A DNA stretch of 64,000 bases from an uncultured virus (IMG/VR IMGVR_UViG_3300037067_011375) (lineage: Duplodnaviria > Heunggongvirae > Uroviricota > Caudoviricetes), in IMG/VR virus record IMGVR_UViG_3300037067_011375, positions 1 through 64,000 of that record; one strand, 5' to 3'. Under the pieces are notes generated by a model. That model had not been told where the DNA came from, made no database searches, and worked only from the letters and a program-made list of their open reading frames with translations. The first letter of the stretch is position 1. The number at the start of each line of letters is the position of its first letter. This document shows, in pieces, positions 56,034 through 64,000 of this stretch. Made by a program: the position numbers and the translations under genes.

Positions 56034-57613
56034 TGTCCCAGATGCCCCAGCGAGGACGGGTCTGGCGGCGCCAGGAGGCCCTAGGACAGGGGCGCCAGCC
56101 TCGTCCGGAGTCTGGTCGCCTGGTCGCCCAGCACCTCGTCCTGGTCATCAGGGTGGCCAACGGCGTCGTCCACTACGCCGACTACACTGCCCATATCAAA
56201 TCGCCCATCAGGGCTGCTTGGCATATGGACCTGGACAGGTTCACGGTGTTGTACCAGTTTGACGCCAAGGCAACGAAGAACAGGACAGCCAGGCTGGCTG
56301 CTACCCCGGCGGTCCCGGCGGCTGACCCCGCCAACGTGGTGGACGCCCAAGGGCTCACGACCGACCCCAGGACCATCCCTTACTTGCCCATCGCCGACAA
56401 AGTCGTCAAGCAGTACAAAATCATCTCGACCACTGGGTACCCTGTCAGGGCGGTAGTTGAAGGCGATGGCGTTGATCTGTTCTACCAGTTGGACCGGATG
56501 TCCAGCAAGAGTGCCACGCTTCAATTGGATTTCAAGCAAGGGGCCCAGCAGCCCCAGGAAGTTATCTTCACGCTTCAGTGCGCCAAGCCCGAGCCTTTTG
56601 TGGCCCCGACGCCCAAGTGCACAATCCCACAGTTGCTCACGGCCTTGGCGTCGTTGCAGCACTGTGCCACTAAGCCCAAATCAGCCAAATACACCAAAGA
56701 CCAGATCGCCAAGGAGACCGCCAAGGCCCAGGTGGTCGATCTGCTGGTCGGGTTGCTCAACAGCAATCCTGGCCGTTGGGGTGAACTTCCGCAGAAACCC
56801 AAAGATCTGGTCGCGTGGCTATCCGAAACCCCCGAGTCCATCAAACAGTTCAAAGATCTGATTGGTTTTCTCAAGACCGTGGGAGCGCAACGCTGGGCCG
56901 ACATTCTGAAGCGGGTGCAGATCCGCCAGGCAGTCGGGACTCCAGTATTGCCTGCCATCGAGGCGTCGATCCTGCAGGTCATCCGGCATGAATGGAAGGG
57001 CGACGTTTCACTGGCCGGCCAATACGGGGTTGTACAAAACAATGCCGACGGCACCGTCCTGGTCCAGTTGTTTGGTGCCCCATACCCGACGTTTTTCGCC
57101 ATGACGCCCCAAGGTAAAATTGCCGAAATGAATGTGTCGCTGTGCGAGGGGGACTTCGCGACCAAGAACCCCCAAGTGATGCCCAGGCTCATCACGGCCG
57201 AGATTTCGCTGTTTGCGGCTCGCAAGGGAACCGCGGCCCCGGGCAAGAGCCCAGCGGCCCCCACTGACCTCAAGGCCCTGATGCCCCAGTTTGCCGACAT
57301 GAAGCCCGAACAACTGCGTGCCCTGCTGGACAAGGGTGTGGTGGTCCAGCAGGACGCCAACAAGAATATGCTGATCCAGGTCAACCGGGGCAAGGACCCT
57401 GCCCCGGTGTTCACCCTGCAGGCCCCGACCCGAAACGATACCTTGGCCGACCAGCAGGCTGCCCAGGCGGAATTGCAACTGGAGATCGCCCAGGCGGTTG
57501 AACAGGCCGGCACCCCCTACTACTTCATGGTGCGGCCGACCCAGCAGGGCGAGCTTCGCGTCACGGTCCTGACCCCCGACAACCCTACCCCGATCCACAG
57601 TTTCAAACTTTAG
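56033..57613 (+). CDS. hypothetical virion-region protein
   Basis: TGATG overlap; long ORF. Confidence 0.6.
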   Translation: MSQMPQRGRVWRRQEALGQGRQPRPESGRLVAQHLVLVIRVANGVVHYADYTAHIKSPIRAAWHMDLDRFTVLYQFDAKATKNRTARLAATPAVPAADPANVVDAQGLTTDPRTIPYLPIADKVVKQYKIISTTGYPVRAVVEGDGVDLFYQLDRMSSKSATLQLDFKQGAQQPQEVIFTLQCAKPEPFVAPTPKCTIPQLLTALASLQHCATKPKSAKYTKDQIAKETAKAQVVDLLVGLLNSNPGRWGELPQKPKDLVAWLSETPESIKQFKDLIGFLKTVGAQRWADILKRVQIRQAVGTPVLPAIEASILQVIRHEWKGDVSLAGQYGVVQNNADGTVLVQLFGAPYPTFFAMTPQGKIAEMNVSLCEGDFATKNPQVMPRLITAEISLFAARKGTAAPGKSPAAPTDLKALMPQFADMKPEQLRALLDKGVVVQQDANKNMLIQVNRGKDPAPVFTLQAPTRNDTLADQQAAQAELQLEIAQAVEQAGTPYYFMVRPTQQGELRVTVLTPDNPTPIHSFKL

Positions 57614-57646
57614 CGGCTAATCCTGGTGCTGCTGGCACCAGGCCAT

Positions 57647-57662
57647 CACGTTAATCTATAAT
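57647..57662 (+). promoter_or_regulatory. CACGTTA-type putative late promoter
   Basis: CACGTTAATCTATAAT. Confidence 0.65.
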
Positions 57663-57665
57663 GGG

Positions 57666-57689
57666 AAATCAGCCCAGCTGGGCTGATTT
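57666..57689. repeat. perfect 24-bp palindrome
   Basis: AAATCAGCCCAG|CTGGGCTGATTT. Confidence 0.8.
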
Positions 57690-57731
57690 TACGCTACAGT
57701 TTTGCTCTCCTGACCCATCGAGGAAATCCCC

Positions 57732-59414
57732 ATGTTGAAGGAAACGGTAATCTCCCGTGATGTCGCGACTGCGGCCCAGACACTTGACCACGATGTCGGC
57801 GCTGCAACCTACAGTCTTGCTCCTACGCTCGCGACCCAAGGATTCTACCTGCGCGCCGCGGCGGGAAGAAACTACGATGCGTATGAAATTACCGCGTCGT
57901 TCGCAGGCGGCGACGGAACTGCGGTGTGCACGGTTAGGCCCTGGTTTTGGGTACCAGCCCATGATCCCACCGGACTGGCCGGCGGCACCTGGATCGCGGG
58001 CAAATACATTGAAGGTATTTCGGCCGGGGCAATCGCGACCGACACGAGAGCACCTGCGCGGCGGCTAAATTCGGTGCCGGTGGCCGCTACGCGCTGCTAT
58101 CTTCAAGTTGTAGCGATCACGGGTACGGCCCCGACCAACGTGTACATCACGTGCTATGGCTTGGAAGGCCCGGTCGCAACCGTCGACGCCGACGCTTTGG
58201 AAGTGGACATCGAGGGTGGCGACATTGAAATTGGTGCAGTGGAAATCAAAGACCACACCACCGACGAACGCGGCCATGTCAAAAAGGCCAACGCGGTCGT
58301 CGCGGTCGACGACACGGTCCAGATGGTCCAGATCCAGGGCCCCGATGGTCTTGCTACGCCGTCGGGTGCGTCATCGGCGGTACCAGTTTGGGTTGATCTG
58401 GCCCACGCGCCCGTCAGTGCTTTCACGCAGGCGACGCATAATAGCCCGGCCGATTTTGCCGCTGGGTTCACGAGCAACGTTTCGGTAACGTGCAGCGGGG
58501 CACCTTTCGTAATTTCGGATGCGAACTGCCGGATTGTGTATCTGTTGTACAAACCGGTGGCTGGGATTTGGTCGGCTCCATTGATCAACGGAGCCAATGG
58601 CGTGTCAATGACGTCGGCGGCCAACGTCATTACCGTAGTGGGTGCTGGGACACCTTTCGCCGCCGGTGACATCTACTGGGTGGGGGTCCAGCAACGTGTT
58701 CCTGCTGCTGTCAGTGCGTTTGCGGAAGCGACTCACGTCTGTCCTTCCGATTTTTCGGCGGCGTTCGCGACCAACGTGACGGTTCTGTGCAGCGGGGCGC
58801 CCTTCACAATCGACAGTGCCGATAATCGCGTCGTATATTTGCTGTACCGGCCGGCGGCTGGAAACTGGTCGGCCCCATTGGTCAATGGGGCCAATGGAGT
58901 CTCGCTAACCGCCGCTGCCAATGTCATCACGGTCACGGGAGCGGGCACGCCGTTCGCCGCTGGCGATACCTATTGGATCGGGGTCCAGGCACAGGAGAAG
59001 GGATTCAGTTCCGCAGGTAACTATAACAATGTTACAGAGGTCAGTCCGATCAATTTAGTGCCGATCACCGAGACACTCATAAACTCGACCAATGTGGCGG
59101 CAGCCACGGTTCAGCTCCCGAGTGCCAGTGGCATGTCGATGCTCGGTTTTTCTGGTCTAAGCATTTCCGGCCAGTTGATCGACGTGAGTTCCTTGATCGT
59201 CGAGGTCACCGACGACGATTCTGGAACCCTATGGCACCAGGTCTATTTCTATGATTGCGTCAACAATCTCGTCACCAATATCATCACGGCCACAGGCATC
59301 ACGGTCAACTTTGCCATCAGCGTCGACAACTGCAATTTTCATTCGGTGCGGGTCACGTACGTGACCCCCGACGCAACAAATACCCTGAACGTGCGCTGCC
59401 GCAGGATTTATTAA
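57732..59414 (+). CDS. beta-rich virion structural protein with an internal 99-aa tandem duplication
   Basis: Repeats at about 58413-58691 and 58710-58988; GDIEIGAVEIKD motif; Ala/Thr/Val/Gly-rich. Confidence 0.65.
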   Translation: MLKETVISRDVATAAQTLDHDVGAATYSLAPTLATQGFYLRAAAGRNYDAYEITASFAGGDGTAVCTVRPWFWVPAHDPTGLAGGTWIAGKYIEGISAGAIATDTRAPARRLNSVPVAATRCYLQVVAITGTAPTNVYITCYGLEGPVATVDADALEVDIEGGDIEIGAVEIKDHTTDERGHVKKANAVVAVDDTVQMVQIQGPDGLATPSGASSAVPVWVDLAHAPVSAFTQATHNSPADFAAGFTSNVSVTCSGAPFVISDANCRIVYLLYKPVAGIWSAPLINGANGVSMTSAANVITVVGAGTPFAAGDIYWVGVQQRVPAAVSAFAEATHVCPSDFSAAFATNVTVLCSGAPFTIDSADNRVVYLLYRPAAGNWSAPLVNGANGVSLTAAANVITVTGAGTPFAAGDTYWIGVQAQEKGFSSAGNYNNVTEVSPINLVPITETLINSTNVAAATVQLPSASGMSMLGFSGLSISGQLIDVSSLIVEVTDDDSGTLWHQVYFYDCVNNLVTNIITATGITVNFAISVDNCNFHSVRVTYVTPDATNTLNVRCRRIY

Positions 59415-59426
59415 AGGAGCACCAAG

Positions 59427-59828
59427 ATGCAATTCTGTCTGTACAAAGATCGTTTTGTTGAGTTTAACCTGGACTTCACCCAGGCGGCCGGCGCCAGCTA
59501 TGACGCCTGCACGGCTTCAGGCGACGTCATGGTGTTGGGCTGCAACGTATACGTTGAAATTCCCGGCGGCGGAGATTTGACCTCAATTTCCGTTCAGAGC
59601 ACGGCCACGACCCCCATGGTTCTGCTCACGGCCGGCGAAGGCATTACCGCGAATCTCCTGGCCCAGAGCCATCCAGCCGCCGCGTGCCAAGCCTGGATTG
59701 CGCCCTGGACCCTTCGGTCCGGCCACAAGATCCAGTACACCATCACGGCGGCAGGGGCAGCCCATACGGGCTCGGGCAAACTCATTGTTCACTGGGCTCC
59801 AATCTCTGCCGGAGCAGTGTTGACTTAG
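59427..59828 (+). CDS. small beta-rich virion protein
   Basis: RBS AAAGGAG; composition. Confidence 0.55.
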   Translation: MQFCLYKDRFVEFNLDFTQAAGASYDACTASGDVMVLGCNVYVEIPGGGDLTSISVQSTATTPMVLLTAGEGITANLLAQSHPAAACQAWIAPWTLRSGHKIQYTITAAGAAHTGSGKLIVHWAPISAGAVLT

Positions 59829-59830
59829 CC

Positions 59831-60379
59831 ATGCCGATGCTACCTGAAACCGAACTCAAGAAAATTGATCTCGCCGGCACCCAGGGGCTGACCGGCACGG
59901 TCGATTCCTTGGCCTATCGGGTCCAAGAGGTCGAGCACCATTTCCACAGCGCCAACCTGTGCTACGGCAAGGCCGCGGGCGACAACATGCTGCTCGATTC
60001 ATTGGTGCCGTTTGTTGCCACGGCGGGGGCCATCGGGGTCTATGGGGTCGAGACCCTGTGCCACGACGGCACCGTCGTGCAGGGCGGCTCTGCCGTCCAG
60101 AAAATGGACTTCGGCCGGATCGTTGTGCTATCCAGCACCGCGGCGGCCGGCGCACTCTACATCCTGCAGTTCCTCCACGGCACCGCTGACATCGGGACCG
60201 CCGAGATCGCGACCTCCATGTACTATGTGGTCCCTGGGGTCGGGATGCAGAAATCGAGCGGCATTGTGATCTCGGTGCCGAGAATGCCGTGCAACCACAA
60301 GATTTGGGCCAAGACGAAATGCAGCGCCGCAGGTGAAACCATTTCATTCCTGTTCGACATCCACGTGTACCCCGGGTAG
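59831..60379 (+). CDS. hypothetical virion-region protein
   Basis: Packed ORF. Confidence 0.55.
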   Translation: MPMLPETELKKIDLAGTQGLTGTVDSLAYRVQEVEHHFHSANLCYGKAAGDNMLLDSLVPFVATAGAIGVYGVETLCHDGTVVQGGSAVQKMDFGRIVVLSSTAAAGALYILQFLHGTADIGTAEIATSMYYVVPGVGMQKSSGIVISVPRMPCNHKIWAKTKCSAAGETISFLFDIHVYPG

Positions 60380-60383
60380 CACC

Positions 60384-60560
60384 ATGGACCTAACTGACCG
60401 CATAGTTGACTTCCTGGTGGAAGAGCACCGCGACGGTAAGCTGACTCCCGAGCAGGTCGATAAAATAGTGCGGGCGTTCTGTCCTGGAGCGACCACGCGG
60501 GATTCCAGTACTGCCACGACGATCAAGATGGCCATTATGAAAGACCACGACTGCCCCTAG
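60384..60560 (+). CDS. small hypothetical protein
   Basis: Packed ORF. Confidence 0.45.
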   Translation: MDLTDRIVDFLVEEHRDGKLTPEQVDKIVRAFCPGATTRDSSTATTIKMAIMKDHDCP

Positions 60561-60647
60561 CTCCACGTTGATTTTCTTTTCCTGCCTGACCTGTTAACCT
60601 TAATCTTTATTAGGTATCGTTTACTGAGCCTTGACCCAGGGATGTAG

Positions 60648-61373
60648 ATGCTGAATCCGATTCCATCTGGACCCAAGCGATCTGGTGTGTACCAGATTGT
60701 GAACCGCGTGAACCACAAGGTTTATGTCGGGAGTTCGCACGAAATAAGCTATCGGTGGAAGCAACACCGAAAAGCTTTGGTTTCTGGCACACATCATTGT
60801 CGTCATTTACAGCACGCGTGGAACCTATACGGAGCCGACACGTTTGAGTTTGAGGTTGTTGAGCACTGCACAGAGGAACAGTTACTATCCAGGGAGCAAG
60901 TCTGGCTCGACGCCGCTGTGGCGCAGGGCATTGCGTATAATGTCTGCCCGGTAGCGACTTCCCCACTTGGTGTAGTTCGATCTGACGAATTTAAAGAAAA
61001 ATGCACGACATTATGTTGGGGAACCAACGATCCAAGGGCGCGATGCGCTCCCCTGAAACCAGAGCCCTGATGAGTGCCGCGGCAACGGGTCGTGTGGCTT
61101 CTCCCGAGACCCTGGCGAAGTTGAGCCGAGTCCCACAAGGGGATCGTGCCTTCCGAGGAAACCCGAGAGAAGCACCGCGTCAACATGTTGGGTAACAAGC
61201 ATCGACTCGGACAGAGCCCATCCGAGGAAACCAAAGTCAAGATGGCAGAAGCTCATCGTGGCAATCAGAACGCCAAGGGCAAGCATTGGAATCTGTCGGA
61301 AGGAACCAAGGAGCGAATGAAAGCTGCTTGGTCCAGACGGAAAGCTAAAGCAGCGGAGACAGTTAATGCGTAA
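60648..61373 (+). pseudogene. GIY-YIG homing endonuclease with NUMOD3 repeats, disrupted by two compensating frameshifts
   Basis: SGVYQI..KVYVGSS..RW..H; NUMOD3-like SPETRALMS and SEETKVKMA; missing A in run 60997-61001 and extra C at about 61127. Confidence 0.8.
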
Positions 61374-62658
61374 TCTTAGACCCGCAGAGCTGGCAAGAGG
61401 CTTAGTGCTGGAATATCGTACAGAAAATCCTGGCGATATTTCTCGTTTGGGAGGTACATCGGCGGGGACTACTAGATGGGATCAAGATAAGGGTGAATAT
61501 TTTAATGGTACAGACCATTATGTCACACTGAAACCAAGCGAACAGATATTTTCGTCGGGGTTCTGGTCTTGTGTGATTGAGTTTACGCCTAATTTTGATT
61601 TAGATGAAGGCGTCCAGCGTTCGTGGTTTATGGATAACAGTACAAATGTTTCGTTTGTTAAAAACAGTGTTGGCAGTTTGATTTTTACGGTCAATACTGC
61701 GTCGGTAACTGTAACGCTTGCAAACTATAGATCATATTGGAATTCATCCGGAAGAAACGTAATTGCGCTTGCGTACAGAAACAACGCGCAAACTATGTGG
61801 CTAAATGGCGTCCAAATCGGAACGGGAGCCGGTGCCAATGCGTCATATTCACTTTCCACATCATATGCTGTTGGTGCAAGAACCACCGGAACATTCAAGT
61901 TCTCCGGTTACATTCATTCCATCAAGTTCTTCAAACACGCGACAGCCGGAGAATTACTTACAGCCCAGGAAGCTGCTGATTTTTTCACGCGCGCGACCTA
62001 CCGGTTCCGTGAACATGCAACTTGTATACTTCCTTTTTCCGCCGCAACCCATGACGCTACTAATAATCGAACTTTAGACGTTAGTGGGAAAGGTAATCAC
62101 TTTCGATTTGGCGACGGTTCCCTGGTAACAACTTTCCCAACGAAGTTAGCGACCAGGGGATATAGTTTTGATGCGGGTGGTTCTTTGCAGCGTTTGAATG
62201 ACTTTGGCATCAATGGAAGCGACTTTACTGTTTGCATGTTGTACAAAAAAAATACGGATGTAACTGCATATGAATGGTACAACAGAAATATACTTGGTAC
62301 AACTGGTTTAGGGCAATATTATGCCGCGGCATCTTATAGAACATTACACAACAACGGGTCCGCGTCAGACATCATTAGTGGCGTATCATATTCAAGCAGC
62401 CTTAGATTTTGGACTACAGCTTATGTAGCATCGACATCCAAGGCAGATATATATCTAAATGCAAAATTTGTGGAACAATCCCCAGCGCTTCAAGTAGCCA
62501 ACGGGTATGGGTATGGGTTTCTTCTTGGTAATAGTACTGACCATGCGTCTGGTTTGAATGGTTCCATCTTCTATTTTTCCCTATACCCATTCGCGCTTAC
62601 GCCACTTCAGATAAAAGCTGAATATCAGTATGCTGTTTCCGGAATAAACAAGGTATAG
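61366..62658 (+). CDS. LamG/concanavalin-like domain virion protein (two domains), AT-rich
   Basis: FNGTDHYV, MWLNGVQIG, FSGYIHSIKFF, DVSGKGNH, ALTPLQI. Confidence 0.7.
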   Translation: MRNLRPAELARGLVLEYRTENPGDISRLGGTSAGTTRWDQDKGEYFNGTDHYVTLKPSEQIFSSGFWSCVIEFTPNFDLDEGVQRSWFMDNSTNVSFVKNSVGSLIFTVNTASVTVTLANYRSYWNSSGRNVIALAYRNNAQTMWLNGVQIGTGAGANASYSLSTSYAVGARTTGTFKFSGYIHSIKFFKHATAGELLTAQEAADFFTRATYRFREHATCILPFSAATHDATNNRTLDVSGKGNHFRFGDGSLVTTFPTKLATRGYSFDAGGSLQRLNDFGINGSDFTVCMLYKKNTDVTAYEWYNRNILGTTGLGQYYAAASYRTLHNNGSASDIISGVSYSSSLRFWTTAYVASTSKADIYLNAKFVEQSPALQVANGYGYGFLLGNSTDHASGLNGSIFYFSLYPFALTPLQIKAEYQYAVSGINKV

Positions 62659-62660
62659 AA

Positions 62661-62768
62661 ATGAATACCCTAATCAAAAGTGTAGGTTTCTTTGGTTCAC
62701 TACGTTCACGGGTATCTTCGGCCGCCGAAAAAAATTTTCGGGCGGCTAAGAAAAAGGTAGCAGCATAA
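62661..62768 (+). CDS. possible 35-aa basic peptide
   Basis: ATG 2 nt after the upstream stop; fills the gap. Confidence 0.3.
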   Translation: MNTLIKSVGFFGSLRSRVSSAAEKNFRAAKKKVAA

Positions 62769-62809
62769 TGGTCTTGTTGGTGTGTAAAACGATTGTCTGA
62801 GGCCGCACC

Positions 62810-63469
62810 ATGGAAACCAGCACCGTCAAATCCGGCATCTACCAGATTGTCAACAAGGTAAACGGCAAGGTTTATGTCGGGAGTGCCGTTAATATCAACG
62901 AACGCTGGTACGAACATAGGCGTACTCTAAATAAGGGCACGCATGCAAACGTGTACCTTCAGCGCTCTTGGTGTGAACACGGAGCGGATGCTTTTGTGTT
63001 TGAAATAGTTGAAATAGTTGCAGATGCGCAAGATTTAATTGCACGGGAACAATTTTGGTTGGATCGACAGTGTGTGGTAAGCCACGGATACAATATTTGC
63101 CGTATTGCTGGGTCCACGCTGGGTAAGGCACACTCGGAAGAAACAAAAAACAAAATAAGCACTGCGTTAACAGGTAAGTCGCTTCCTTCGGAGACACGCG
63201 CCAAGATTAGCGCCGCGAAGAAAGGACATAAGTTTGGTCCTATGTCTGAGGAGCATAAAGCACGCATAAGCACATCCAAAAAAGGGAAACCAGTAGCCAC
63301 CAAAGAACAGCACGCTACACTAGCAAACAGATTCATAGAACTGAATAAGGCGCGCATTGGTGTTCCTTTGTCCGAAGAGCACAGGGCTAAGATAAAAAAC
63401 AGCGTCACTGTTGCGCGAGCACTTCGGTCGGCGGGGCAAATCCTTACCACCGATAAAAGCGAGGAATGA
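62810..63469 (+). CDS. GIY-YIG homing endonuclease with NUMOD3 repeats (intact)
   Basis: SGIYQIVN..NGKVYVGSA..RW.EH..REQFWLD..GYN; HSEETKNKIS-type repeats. Confidence 0.9.
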   Translation: METSTVKSGIYQIVNKVNGKVYVGSAVNINERWYEHRRTLNKGTHANVYLQRSWCEHGADAFVFEIVEIVADAQDLIAREQFWLDRQCVVSHGYNICRIAGSTLGKAHSEETKNKISTALTGKSLPSETRAKISAAKKGHKFGPMSEEHKARISTSKKGKPVATKEQHATLANRFIELNKARIGVPLSEEHRAKIKNSVTVARALRSAGQILTTDKSEE

Positions 63470-63471
63470 TT

Positions 63472-64000
63472 ATGTCGATCCTTGATGACCTCGTCCGTGC
63501 TGGCCAACTTGCGCTCTACTGGGACTTCCGCTCCGGAACTTTCTTAGACTACAGTGGACACGGTTTCAACGGCACGGTCGGCGGTTCAATGGGTTCGCCG
63601 CGCCCCTGGTTGGACGCCAGGCCCAGTGGATACTGCACGAGCGCTGCGGCACTCCCGGCCGACAATTATTCTGGCTGCATCCTATTGGGTCAGCGCCATT
63701 ACACTCCAGCGGCGGCCCAGTATTGCATCTGGATTGACGCGACCCACTACGCTGTATTTGGAACCGGAGGATTGTTCTCGGTTTATGGTGCCGGTACCAT
63801 CAGGAACTCGGCCTCGGTCGTAGGGGCCACTTGCGTCGGTTGGAATCAGGTGGCCGGAACCACCGGAGCAATTTATCGGGATGGCAGTTTGCTGGGCGCT
63901 TTTTCGGGAAACCTGGACGCAGTGTCGTTGGCGGCTGGAACTAAGTATTTCTTCAACGCCAGTGGTGGCGCTTCGCCCTTGGCCTATGGGATCAAGGCCC
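63472..64000 (+). CDS. LamG-like virion protein, 3'-truncated by window edge
   Basis: My translation: MSILDDLVRAGQLALYWDFRSGTFLDYSGHGFNGT...IYRDG; open to the end of the window. Confidence 0.65.
   Translation, partial: MSILDDLVRAGQLALYWDFRSGTFLDYSGHGFNGTVGGSMGSPRPWLDARPSGYCTSAAALPADNYSGCILLGQRHYTPAAAQYCIWIDATHYAVFGTGGLFSVYGAGTIRNSASVVGATCVGWNQVAGTTGAIYRDGSLLGAFSGNLDAVSLAAGTKYFFNASGGASPLAYGIKA

Noticed and set aside
60648..63469. Group I introns housing the GIY-YIG genes
   Set aside because: Flanking genes appear complete and intergenic space is too short for an intron core; treated as free-standing genes
63554..63823. Listed 89-aa ORF
   Set aside because: Out-of-frame overlap with the more plausible LamG-like gene starting at 63472

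Overview
This window is a 64-kb segment of a large, GC-rich dsDNA tailed phage genome (jumbo-type layout). Every credible gene is on the + strand and reads in the standard bacterial code. The first ~17.5 kb is an accessory region: an RNA ligase fragment, an ABC-type ATPase, a stand-alone C-terminally truncated Cas3 with no array or other cas genes, two paralogs with Lar-like Zn domains, lysine 2,3-aminomutase, Hsp20, an atypical tRNA(CAU), a tnpB insertion element, ThyX, a lytic transglycosylase and a DUF4160/DUF2442 pair. From ~17.5 kb to 64 kb is the head morphogenesis region: intein-containing large terminase, portal, prohead protease, probable scaffold, two duplicated head-decoration-like genes, major capsid protein, LamG-like virion proteins, two GIY-YIG endonucleases and a second tnpB element. 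The most unusual signal is a putative capsid-cargo system. Multidomain proteins carrying RelE, GNAT, ParB-like, Nudix and five ADP-ribosyltransferase-like domains, plus many small acidic proteins, have short basic leaders or linkers ending in K/R-x-A (often V-K-T-A). Four of them also share an (I/L)-(R/Q)-(Y/H)-x-G-x-x-Y tag. This suggests they are packaged into the head and cut by the prohead protease. A recurrent intergenic motif, CACGTTA-N3-TATA(A/G)T, looks like a phage-specific late promoter. All family calls are by motif recognition, without database searches.
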